The translations under genes and the position numbers were made by a program. A stretch of 63,932 bases of DNA, filler included, from Aduncisulcus paluster (lineage: Eukaryota): assembly GCA_024181965.1 (NCBI GenBank). It is 5 parts of 5 records of this genome, joined end to end, with 100 filler letters (N's around TTAATTAATTAA, not from the genome) between each part and the next. Parts side by side here need not be neighbours in the genome. Positions count along the whole stretch, not along the records: positions 1 to 12,172 come from BQXS01010913.1; 4 more parts are not named here. One strand, 5' to 3'. Positions within the stretch are counted from its first letter, which is position 1. Each line of letters begins with the position of its first letter. Positions 1 to 10,609 of this stretch are shown here, piece after piece. The notes beneath the pieces are model-generated. The model had not been told where the DNA came from, did not search any database, and was given only the letters and a program-made list of their open reading frames with translations.

Positions 1-1029
1 GTGTCAGAATACTCGAATATTGCTCTTGAGAAACTTTGTGAATTGATTGCATATATCCTGGCTGTAATAAATGCTTTGCTGGAACGATCAAATGTGGAAG
101 AGGAAGAGAAGGGAAGATGGGGAGGGATTCTGATGAGAATGGCTCTTCTTGTTTAATCATAGACATTGCTGAACCTTGAGAAATGCCATCATCAGAAAGA
201 ATGTGTTGTTTTTGTTGGAATGCTGACTCTTCAAGTGAATTTACAGGTTGTGACATTGACATTTCCATTCTCCCTTTTTCTAAAACTCTTTCTTCTATTT
301 GAACTGTTGATTCAGTTTTAAATGAAGTTATTTCGGTTGGATCTTTAGATGAAATATGGACGGATGAGTCAGAAACAGCACTCTTGGAAGAAATGGAACT
401 TGGGGAAGGTTGAGCATGTGATTCTCCCTCTTGAGTTTTCTTTGAGAACATCTGGTGACGTTTTAGAGATGATTCATATAGTTTTATGCGATCAACCATC
501 CTTTTCTTCTCTGAATCTCTAGCAATTTCAAGAGAATCTTTAAATAGTTCCTCAATAGAACGAGAACGACGCTTCCCATATTCATGACAGATTTTTTTTC
601 GTTTTCCTTCCTGATCTATCGAAAATTCTGAGCTTGAAGGTGAGGACGACAAAACTTCATCTATGGATAGAAATGGATTAGCACTAACAATATTTGAGGA
701 AGAAATATCTTTAAATAATTGTGGTTTTTTTGGAACAATTATTTGTGAAACAATTCCCTCTGTTAATGGAGGATATAGAGAAGAACCAACCCGAACATTG
801 CGAGCTTTAATTATTTCATTCATTAAATATCTTAATCTTGTCTAATGCAGAATGTAAGGTATTTTAAAACAATTTAATCAATAAAAAAGGGAGGAGAAAC
901 AAGAATATAGAGAGATAAACATACTTCATATGCATGAAAAAGTAATTTTTCAATTTTATCATTGATACCAATTTTTTCATATGCCTTTTGACGTCGAATA
1001 AACCGTGTAAAAGATTCTTCAAGGCCCAT
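1..1029 (-). CDS. Two-exon protein (exon1 925..1029, exon2 <1..841), runs off the window start; N-terminus resembles a TAF4-type histone-fold region
   Basis: ATG at 1029 gives MGLEESFTRFIRRQKAYEKIGINDKIEKLLFHAYE. The GTATGT..TAG intron 842..924 joins it in phase 0 to TRLRYLMNEIIKARNVR..., and the frame is open in the stretches I translated down to position 1. Not in the ORF track. The HAYETRLRYL pattern recalls TAF4 (inference only). Confidence 0.7.
842..924 (-). other. Spliceosomal intron, 83 nt
   Basis: GTATGT donor, pyrimidine-rich body, CATTAG acceptor; removal joins two open frames. Confidence 0.8.
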
Positions 1030-1295
1030 GGCTCCCAATAAAACGGTCACAATTCTATTTTTCCAATTAATACTTAAATACTGAATATTACTTCATAATA
1101 TCAATCATATTTAATAATAGATAATGATAATCACTTTTTATTTGCTATTATTGTCCAGTACATCAGTTTAAGAAATGACAGCTATTCGTTCTTCGATTTA
1201 TCCAAATTGAGATAATAAGTAATCGTAATATATTCTCTCAGCGTGAAAACATCAAAAATGAGTCATTATTAAAGATCTAACCATTTACAATCACA

Positions 1296-4232
1296 TTATC
1301 CGGATAAAACAAAAGTAGTTACATCAGCACATGGGAGAATTACTCTTGCAAAGCCCTGAGCAACATACACCTCACACGATGAAATAAAAGTTGTATCGGG
1401 AGTTCCAGCAATGTCCACAATAAACCCAACGCTCTTCTTGATATCTTTGTCATCAACAAATCCACTTCGACCAGGTGGACGCTTTGTAAACGGTTTCTTT
1501 AGGATAGATTTGGGAGGATAATCCTTCTCAGATTCCAAGAAAGTAAGTCCAGTGATAATATACTCATTTTCAGAGGCATTTGATATCTTTTTCAGAATGG
1601 AAGAAATCCTTTTGGGTGTTAAGTAACAAGTATCTTCTTCAGATTTAAATCGAATAATTCCAAACACTCGACTTCTCCAAAAGGCAGTATGCTTGCAAAT
1701 CATCTCCTTCTCTCCTTCCTTAACCTCTGATGACATCTGCTCATTCTCTTCCTTGATATTTGACTGCACTATCGTCCATCTTGCCATGAATCCCTTCTTA
1801 GCATTGCCAGTGTTCGTGGCAATGAGTGATTGCAACTCACTCGATGAAACTGCAGAGAAGAGACAATGGGGTTTGAACACCATTTTTGATGATGATAGCA
1901 CACTATGCATTTCTTTCAGTGATTTCTCTGCATCTTTGTCTCTCACAGAACCATGAACATCCTCTGATTCATGCCCTTGTTGATCACTTTCTACATTCTC
2001 ACCTCGATCTTCACCTCGACCAATGAACTCAATGCCTTCAACTTCTTCAGCAATGTCAGAAACACTCTCAGCCACACTCACAGAAGCTTCTTGCATGGTT
2101 CTTTCACCTGCTTGAATACCGCCAGAGCAAAAGTCCCATGTGTCGATGGAACAATCGATCTCAGAGTCATCTTCTCTTATAACATGGAGTTTGCGTGTCA
2201 ACAGCATTCGAACATACAATCCCCAATGTCCTCCGATGGGCTGGTATAGTAAAGGGAGATTGAGATCACTCTCAGAACATCCCTCAATCAATTTGGCTCT
2301 GCTAATCAGTTCAGGGTTCTCAGAAGATTCTTCTCCAAAAATATCATCGCTTGAGAAACTTCTCTGTTTGGATGGGCATGAAGAGATAAAGATTGGACTA
2401 TAACTGGGGCGAAGGAACCTCCCATGAACGAAATGTTTTGGAACAATAAACTTTCCACGGATAGTCACATTAGTCTCTATACTTCCATCTCCTTCCTTAG
2501 GGTGTATCAAGAATTGGTCAAACTTATTCTGAGAAAGTTCTTTAATTATCCTTTCATCAGATATCTCAATGGTGGCATCTTTGAGAGTAAATCCCAAAGA
2601 AATTAGATTCGATATATCGGCCTGGGTGGAGAATCCAAGACCAGCGAACACAGGGAACTCAATAAGAGGAGAGGGTGAGGATGGATTAATCTCTAATCCG
2701 CTCACGAGATCAGCAATGGCAGCAGTAGGAGAAAGAGGAGATTTGGAGTGTGGTGTTTCTTTCTTCTTGGAGAGTATGCAAGGGATGCACTTCATCATAC
2801 GAGGCTGGGAACATTCCTCGGGGGATGTTTTGACCCACTTAAACTCACTTACTATGAATCTCTGGCATGTTGGTGGACAATATGGGGTTGGAAGGAATAT
2901 TGGACACATCTCAGATGCCAATTCTTTCTTAGATTCTGAAAATGTTTGAATTGACGAATTTTGACTTGGATCTTTCTCTTTTCTTTCAAGACCAATGACC
3001 TTACCCACAGCAGGACCAATAAACTCTCCTCCAAATCCTTCTTTTGCAGCTCTAGAAGTGTCAAAAGAATATCTTTTGCCGACATCTTCGAGTAATCCCG
3101 TTGATTCTGAAGAGGAAGAAGAGGAAGAAGAGGAGGAGGAAGAAGATGTCTTGAGAAGTTCTTGACTTTCCTTGACAATATCTTCGAGATCTTTTTCCCA
3201 GCCACAGGCACGGGCAAGCAATAGGGCAAAATTATCACTTGTATTTTTGACAAATATTGAATTCTTATTCCCTTGGTGCTCACATCCGACATCTTCACCA
3301 GTGCCAGTGAGACTCAGTGAATTAATAGCAATGACACTCATCTTTGACTTCAATTCAGCTATTTTGGCAGTCTTTTCTGTCACTGTAAGACTTGTTGAAG
3401 ACTCGGTATACCCAATATCCCTCTTAATTCGCTCTATTTTAGAGTGTATGGCCATTGGGATCATAGACATCGGCATAACCTTGAGACTGGTACCCATGAC
3501 AAGAAGAAGCTTGCAATTCTTAACATCTGGCATGGCAGTGTTGGCAAATGAACTTGGGAGTGACTCTCCAAAGAAAGTAGTAGTTGTTTTGATAGGGTGA
3601 CCACATTGGGGACAATGGGCAACACATCCGTCACACACAGCAGCCGTAAGTATTCTTGCAGGGACACGACATTTACAACCCTTATTTGCACATTCAGCAC
3701 CTCTAAAACCACCGTGACCTTCGATGACAGTCTCATCGCAACAATACATCGTGGCTCGCTCGTCATAGGGATCCCAGGGATCAAGAGATCGCGATTTCTC
3801 AACTTGAGAGGTTACACGGCCTTCAAGACCAATGCCAGCAGAAAAAGAAAGTCCATCAACATTTTGGGTGATCTCTCGTTTTAATAGACCTTTTTTATCC
3901 AATAACCGGATAAAATAATGGCCTAACGTAGGTTTGTGGGCCCCTGGGAGTAAAAATGAGAGTAGTTGGCAAAATGGTCTGGGGCGTTCACAGAAAAAGT
4001 CGATGTCAAACATACATTCTGGACGTGGAAGATAATAATCTTTCAAATGGAAATATAACCCTGATCCTTCACTTCTAAAATCAGGAATGCCCGCTGAAAC
4101 TGAGAGACCAGCTCCGGTGAGGCAAACAATTGAACGAGGCGGAAGTGACTTGATATAAGATGCTAATCCTTCAATAGATTTTGTTTCTAGCTCCGTTTGA
4201 GGTAATGAAATATGAATTTTTGTAGGTTTCAT
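1296..4232 (-). CDS. NAD-dependent deacylase, Sir2/sirtuin family (class I-like), with a C-terminal extension of about 600 aa of unknown function
   Basis: Motifs TGAGLSVSAGIPDFRS, TQNVDGL, HG (catalytic His), Zn-binding Cys pairs, FFGESLP, MGTSLKVMP; first in-frame ATG at 4232. Confidence 0.92.
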   Translation of the reverse strand: MKPTKIHISLPQTELETKSIEGLASYIKSLPPRSIVCLTGAGLSVSAGIPDFRSEGSGLYFHLKDYYLPRPECMFDIDFFCERPRPFCQLLSFLLPGAHKPTLGHYFIRLLDKKGLLKREITQNVDGLSFSAGIGLEGRVTSQVEKSRSLDPWDPYDERATMYCCDETVIEGHGGFRGAECANKGCKCRVPARILTAAVCDGCVAHCPQCGHPIKTTTTFFGESLPSSFANTAMPDVKNCKLLLVMGTSLKVMPMSMIPMAIHSKIERIKRDIGYTESSTSLTVTEKTAKIAELKSKMSVIAINSLSLTGTGEDVGCEHQGNKNSIFVKNTSDNFALLLARACGWEKDLEDIVKESQELLKTSSSSSSSSSSSSSESTGLLEDVGKRYSFDTSRAAKEGFGGEFIGPAVGKVIGLERKEKDPSQNSSIQTFSESKKELASEMCPIFLPTPYCPPTCQRFIVSEFKWVKTSPEECSQPRMMKCIPCILSKKKETPHSKSPLSPTAAIADLVSGLEINPSSPSPLIEFPVFAGLGFSTQADISNLISLGFTLKDATIEISDERIIKELSQNKFDQFLIHPKEGDGSIETNVTIRGKFIVPKHFVHGRFLRPSYSPIFISSCPSKQRSFSSDDIFGEESSENPELISRAKLIEGCSESDLNLPLLYQPIGGHWGLYVRMLLTRKLHVIREDDSEIDCSIDTWDFCSGGIQAGERTMQEASVSVAESVSDIAEEVEGIEFIGRGEDRGENVESDQQGHESEDVHGSVRDKDAEKSLKEMHSVLSSSKMVFKPHCLFSAVSSSELQSLIATNTGNAKKGFMARWTIVQSNIKEENEQMSSEVKEGEKEMICKHTAFWRSRVFGIIRFKSEEDTCYLTPKRISSILKKISNASENEYIITGLTFLESEKDYPPKSILKKPFTKRPPGRSGFVDDKDIKKSVGFIVDIAGTPDTTFISSCEVYVAQGFARVILPCADVTTFVLSG

Positions 4233-4731
4233 GAGAAGTTGTTTGTCAAAATATAAGATGTTCAGAGAAAACAATAAGATTTCCTTTAGCCATCAAAGAA
4301 TGACACTCAATGTCTATACCAAAAACAGCATACATTTTATTCCATGAATATAACAAAATAGAAGGTATAAATTCAAATATATTATCCTTCATCCCAGGAG
4401 AGTTACTCTCCGAGAGTAAATTGTCCATTTATTATATAATTTTGAAAATTTGATCTCTACAAGAAAGCTGCCTTATTAAGCATAATAATCTCTTCTGTGT
4501 ATGATCAATTATATCCTTCATTCTTCGTCAAACATAAAAACAACTATAGCAAGGAATTCGTCCATTTATCATGAAAAGCAAGACAGAAATAGCAGACCTC
4601 TTGAATCATCAATTTTCTTACTTTTCTAGTTATCTCATTAAACATGGCCATTGATGAAAACGAACAACAACCAAAAAGTTTTCCTTTCTTGACATCCACA
4701 AAAGGAGAAAATATAAATATAAGAATATATT

Positions 4732-5216
4732 ATGTCAACTGTATGTTTTTTATCCTTGAATTTCAGGTTATTTTTGCCTGTAATTTGTTATTTATTCTCT
4801 ATTTGGTTGGGTTGTATTATTCCTTTTTATCCAAACATAATTCCAACGATTCACCATCTATTTTCGCATTGCCATTAACAATAATCAAAAAATTTGTTCG
4901 ATTACTTTCCACATTCTTTTTATAGAGTGACGTCGAAGCTACAATTAAAAGAATTTCGTCCCATCCTGGTGTTCGTGGGTTAATAGTTCAAACTAATGAG
5001 GGAACAGTTGTTAGAACAACTTTTGATCCTGAGTCAACCAAATTATATTCTTCAGATGTTGCACAATTTGCTGCCGTTGCCAAGAGTGCCGTTAGAGATC
5101 TAGATCCAATTAATGACCTTTCTTATGTAAGAGTTCGGTCAACTAGCCAAGAAATAATATGCATTCCTGAGAAACAATACACTATTATTGTTGTTTGTGA
5201 TGCTCCAGAGCATTGA
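4732..5216 (+). CDS. DYNLRB: Dynein light chain roadblock/LC7 (exon1 4732..4740, exon2 4926..5216; 99 aa)
   Basis: Spliced translation MST-SDVEATIKRISSHPGVRGLIV...AKSAVRDLDPINDLSYVRVRSTSQEIICIPEKQYTIIVV matches the roadblock signature (VRDLDP.NDL..+R+RS). Absent from the ORF track because exon 2 has no start codon. Confidence 0.93.
4741..4925 (+). other. Spliceosomal intron, 185 nt
   Basis: GTATGT directly after ATG TCA ACT; TTTTATAG acceptor directly before the roadblock coding frame. Confidence 0.85.
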
Positions 5217-5376
5217 TTTTCATGAATTTTTTCATTTATTGTACAAAGAACTGTGATAGCAAAATTCAAAGGAGGAAATATTAACTAATAAAATGATTAA
5301 AAAATGATTATTTCTTTATTTATGTTATTTTACCCGTATATTACCCATAATTCAAAATTCTCTATTTTGACAGCTA

Positions 5377-8300
5377 ATGGAGATTACAATTCCACCAAAT
5401 GCGAATGAATTGGAGAAAATTAACATCATTAATGTGCTTTTAGAGAATTTTACCTCGTTGAAAACATATGAAATAGTATCGTTGATGCGATTATGTCCCA
5501 TCGTTGAATATCCAATTAAAACGAAAAAATTCAGGACAAAATTGTCATCAGACTACATTCAAAAATTATCCCATAATTCAGATCCTCCATTTCTTATACA
5601 TACAATGCTCGGCCCTCATTTTGTCGATCCAAGTGATCCTACAATCGAATATCTTGAGCATTTATTTGTCGATGAAATTATAGATGGTAAGTTAGGCAAG
5701 GATTCGGACATATATATCGATCAAGAGGCTGATTATAAGAAAGATTCGTATTCTTTTGGAGCATTCGTTGCTGACCTTGATTTTGATTTACTCCCTAGTC
5801 AAAATCTTCTTATTGGCCATGTATCTCACGTTGGAGTTGTAGCCGAATGTGCTCAGAGTAGTTCAAGATGTGTAAGAGCTAAAGTATGCGATTTGATTTG
5901 GAGACTTCATAATCACAGTAGATGCGGTCTTGTTCGTTTTGAATGCGTCAGAATGCTTTCTTTCCTTGCAATGGATGAAGATATCTGTCTTTGTGTTCGG
6001 TCTGCTCTTTCTGCTCTTTCTTGTATTACTGCAGGTTTGGAAATATTGAAACCCATTGAAAACTTTTTTGATGATATCGATACATCCGCTCCTGAAGAGC
6101 CAAAAATGCCATGTGATGGATCTTCTCCATCGGGTTCCTCTTCAAGCAAGGCTTCAACTCCCTCTCTCCTTCTCTCCTCCACTCTCCCTGCACTCTGTCC
6201 ATATGTGATGGAAAGTACATATTCTGAGGGCAGCACAACACCTATTGTTGGTGGCGCAAGACAAGGATACGTGGCCCCTCATCAACAGAAAGAATCCTCC
6301 TCTTCATCTTCTTCCTCTTCATCTGCAAATCCAAATGAAATCTTCTTATCTTTTCCATCGATAACGCCCCTTCTCTTAGCTTCTCCGTCGTGTTCACCAA
6401 TCATTCCTCAAGTTTTGTGCTGTCTGTGTGAATTATCTGATCCCTTTGTTGCCAAATATTGTGCCACTAATGTCATGTCAAGATGTTGTGTGTTGGATTA
6501 CAGTTTGAGGAATAGAATTCTCGATGTTTTCATTGATATTTGTGATGTTCATGGTCCTACTGTCCTGTTTATCATTCCCACATTCCTCAACACATGTGCA
6601 AGGGGACTGATCGAATGTATCAAGAAGAATCGAGGTGATTACAAGATATCGAGCACAGAAAAGAGTGAAAGAAAGGATAATACCTCATATTCTGAAGGAA
6701 AGGATAGAGAATATTCAGATGTTAATGCTCCTCCTCTTCCTCCTCCTCCTCCTCCTCCTTCTTCTCTTCCTCCTCCTCTTCCTCCTCTTCCTCCTTCTGA
6801 AACTTCATCAATCGCCACTCTCTCTTCNNNNNNNNNNNNNNNNNNNNTGATCGAATGTATCAAGAAGAATCGAGGTGATTACAAGATATCGAGCACAGAA
6901 AAGAGTGAAAGAAAGGATAATACCTCATATTCTGAAGGAAAGGATAGAGAATATTCAGATGTTAATGCTCCTCCTCTTCCTCCTCCTCCTCCTCCTCCTT
7001 CTTCTCTTCCTCCTCCTCTTCCTCCTCTTCCTCCTTCTGAAACTTCATCAATCGCCACTCTCTCTTCCTCCCCGGCACCTTCTTCTTCTTTAATCCCCAA
7101 ACAGGAGGATGATCATTCTTCTTGTGAGTCCCCCAAAGTTGAGGGAAAGGATGTTTCTCAGAGTTCTAAAAATAGTGAGTCATTACAAAGCGGTCAACCC
7201 CAAGGTGAGAAAGTACAAGAGAAGGGAGAAAAGAAAAGAAGAAGAAGAAGAAGAAAGATGTTCAACAAAACAATCTCATTCTTCGGCCTCTCCTTCTCTC
7301 CTTCTCAATGAATCTATTTATGGCGAAGGGAATGGCGATCAAACAGATGAACCAATAGGTGAAAAAGAGATACATGGCCCTCATTCAAAGTTTTCTTCCT
7401 GGGGTATTCCCTCTTCTTCTTCCTCTTCATCTTCCTCTTCCTCAACTCCGTCTTCCTCTTCACTTTCTCACGCGAGTCAATATATTTCAAGCGAGCTTAT
7501 TCATATCTTTGATCCTAACATAATATCTGAGTATTTTTCACTTCAACAATCTACGAAAGAAACCTCAATGGGAACCATTAAAGGTCCCGGGCTAGAAAGA
7601 GAAAACAAAACTGATTTGCTGATTCCAAGTTCTGTGAACGCTCCAAGTGTTGTTCCCGCACATTATCTTTCATTCTCTTTCCCTGAATCTGACTCTTGTT
7701 GTCAACCATGGGTAAAAGATGAAGAGAAGGAAGATACGTTTAAATACTCTGGTGAAAGAAGCAAGAGAACTGGAGACGCTTCTCATATTTCTGAATCTGA
7801 TGTGCAATTGCAATCGTATGTTTATGGTTTATTGATGTTAGAATTCGATAAAGTCCTCGCTCGTGCAAGTAAGAGTGGAGTTGGGGAGCAATTGTGTCTT
7901 AAATTAAAAGAAAGATGTCAGCTTCAACCTCAGGGAGATGTTAGACAAGCTGCCATCAGAGGCACACTCATGTTGGTCCGCTTATTATATCAAGAGAAAA
8001 TCGTGGAAGAATCGAAACCTGAAGAAGATAGAAAAACTGAAGAAGAATTGATTTTAAACATCAAAAAATCAACATTTTATCAATATATCAAGAGTATTGT
8101 TGGATTAATTTCGCCTATTGTGTTTCCAGCCATTGGGATTTTCCTTGAACAATGCCTTGAAACCTTAACAGTTCCAATTGAACATCCACTTCTCTCAAAA
8201 CTATCTCAAAGATCTATATTTAGGTTCATCTCATATGTGGGTTCTTCCACTTCAACACCGTCCTCCTCCACTTCCTCTTTCTATCCAGCTGAATTGCTTG

Positions 8301-8713
8301 ATCTGGCTTCTGGAGAAGTCTTTCTCAGCTTTTCTATTTTTGGAAGAGTGAAGATGAGATTGGTTAATTCTCGTTCTGTTCGTTTTCTTGATTATCGATT
8401 TATTACTCCTCCTGCCGATTCTCACGCTAATCTTCCATCTCTCTCGAGCAAATTGTTTGTTCTTTCTTTGGAATGGAATGTAGGATTTGTCAGACATCTC
8501 CTTCCATTTATTTATATTCAATTTACATCTGTCAACCTTGAAGTCCCCTTAATCTCCTATTTGGATGAGTCATTGCCTTCCCTATGTGCAGTTATTCCGT
8601 TTCTGAAGACCTGGGATTATTCGTGGAAATTGGTTCTTTACAAGGGAGAAAGGAAATTACCAATCACAATCGTTGAAGGAACAGTGAAAACAGGGAAACC
8701 GGTGAAGAAATGA
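5377..8713 (+). CDS. Large hypothetical protein (helical, with Ser/Pro-rich linkers), split into two ORFs by a +1 frame shift near 7230-7240; contains a gap-associated duplication
   Basis: ORFs 5377..7311 and 7109..8713 overlap. Sensible composition continues into the +1 frame (KEEEEEERCSTKQSH). 6608..6827 is repeated after the N gap. Confidence 0.6.
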
Positions 8714-9140
8714 TTTTAAGAAATTCATGAAAATTATTATCCTATGTGTTTTTCTTGGAGGTTATGTGAAAATAAATTCGAAGTTATCATTGTTCTTGGA
8801 TATAGACTCGTGGAATCCCCATTAAATACTCACAATATTATCAAATGATGACAAAACCGGGTATTTTGAAAATTTCGCTTCTGATTAGTCAGCAAGATAT
8901 TTGTGCAGAGTAGAGCAAGTGATATATATTTGATATATCGATATATAAATATTTTTGCATGTTTTGATCACATTTTATTTCTCACTGCATGATATCTGGT
9001 ACAAACTTGAATCGACAGATTCGAAATCTCTTTTTTGTTTCGGGGGGGTTTATTCAATTGTGATTAGCATATCATTATCTAGCTTGATTTTCTATTTTAC
9101 TTTTATTAGTGTTTTCACGGTGGAATATATTTGAATAGTG

Positions 9141-10283
9141 ATGAAATATCCGGCAACCATAAGTTTAGAAAATTCTGCGGTTCAAATTATTGAACCAGTA
9201 TTCATTTATGATGGAGATCGCAATTGTTGTCCCATCCCAAAAGACGCTCCCAATGTTAAAAGCCCAAATTTCCCAAAAATCAAAGCAAGCAATGCAACTA
9301 AGAAAAAAGCTGATAAAGAGCACGATCAAAGTTCTGAAGCACAGGATTTGATGAAAGGAAAGGTTCATGTTGGTCAGTTTACCAACCTCTCTATTCCTTT
9401 CTCCTCATGTTCACCAGTGAAAGGGGCTTATATTTGTCTCGATGAATGGATGTTGCCTCCATCATATCTTACATTCACTCTTTCATCTTCAGAAGGGGAA
9501 AAGATTTCCAAAAAGTATGAATTTTCTACAGAATTTGTTGATGATTGTTGGTTCTTTCTCCCAATTGATCTTTCTGATGTTATTTTGTGTGAGATTGCAG
9601 GAAAAGGAAGGGAAGAAGAGTGTTTTGATATCCCATCCCTTGTTTTCATTTGTAGAGAAGAAACACCTGAAGAAATCAAAACTCGTGAAGCTAAAGAGAA
9701 ACTATGGTCTAAATCTCCAGTTGTAAAAGCAAAGTTTGTTAAAAAAGGAGATAGAAAATCTAGAGGTAGGCATTCAAGTCCTATTCCACCAGATGATCCA
9801 TCAATCATTGCTCCCTCATATTCATCGGTTAAAGGAAAAGATAATTCATATTGTAAGGAATCTAAGGATTATGATCAGAGTGTACAAGCACGAAAAATGT
9901 TAAAAGGGGAAGATTGCGTTGTCTTATCTCATCTTTCAATCCCTTTCCCATCACCTAGTCCTATTCAAGGGGCTTATATTTCTATTCATAAGAATTTAAG
10001 TTCCCCTTTTCTTCTCTCGACTTTTTTTCTTTCTGATGGTACAAAAATATTCAAGAAATATGAATTCACAAGACCTAAAACTGACTTTGAATGGCACTTC
10101 ATTCCTATTGAATTGACGGACGTTGTATTGTGTGAGATAGAAGGGAAAGGAAGGTGGAGAGAGAAGAATAGTCGATGGTTCTACATATCTTCTCTCTTTT
10201 TTACAATATCAGATGAAATTATTGCTGCTGAACGATTATCTCTTATTCCATGGGATTTGTACAATACAAAAGATGAATTGTGA
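9141..10283 (+). CDS. Hypothetical protein made of two tandem copies of a roughly 190-aa unit (probable lineage-expanded family)
   Basis: LSIPF..P+.GAYI...KKYEF...W.F+PI+L+DV+LCEI.GKGR occurs twice; ATG at 9141. Confidence 0.75.
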   Translation: MKYPATISLENSAVQIIEPVFIYDGDRNCCPIPKDAPNVKSPNFPKIKASNATKKKADKEHDQSSEAQDLMKGKVHVGQFTNLSIPFSSCSPVKGAYICLDEWMLPPSYLTFTLSSSEGEKISKKYEFSTEFVDDCWFFLPIDLSDVILCEIAGKGREEECFDIPSLVFICREETPEEIKTREAKEKLWSKSPVVKAKFVKKGDRKSRGRHSSPIPPDDPSIIAPSYSSVKGKDNSYCKESKDYDQSVQARKMLKGEDCVVLSHLSIPFPSPSPIQGAYISIHKNLSSPFLLSTFFLSDGTKIFKKYEFTRPKTDFEWHFIPIELTDVVLCEIEGKGRWREKNSRWFYISSLFFTISDEIIAAERLSLIPWDLYNTKDEL

Positions 10284-10609
10284 GTAAGAAAAACGATGAT
10301 AAATAATTTGATTTTATGATTTTCTTTATTTTTGACCATTATTGGAATATTGGTCGTGCCAAAAATCAATGAACCGTTAAGATAATCGAATAAGATATTT
10401 AAATATTTAGAATGTGTCAGATAACAATGTTACAGTCTAATTTTTTGAGTAATAATATTAAGACGGTAACGATTGAATCAATTGCAATTGATAGTTTAAC
10501 ATAACGCGAAATAAAATATAATAGATAATAATATGTTGAAACTAGATCTATTTGGGGCTTCAACAATGAATTGAATTGAATGAAATAAATTAATATATAT
10601 GGATTTTGA

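Noticed and set aside
6608..7067. Direct repeats flanking 20-N gaps (also about 38847-39508, 40007-40437, 43039-43540, 54219-54656)
   Set aside because: Each is an almost exact 200-320 nt overlap across a fixed-size gap, typical of unmerged contig ends
8932..8947. ATATATCGATATAT palindrome
   Set aside because: Low-complexity AT dinucleotide context makes it likely by chance
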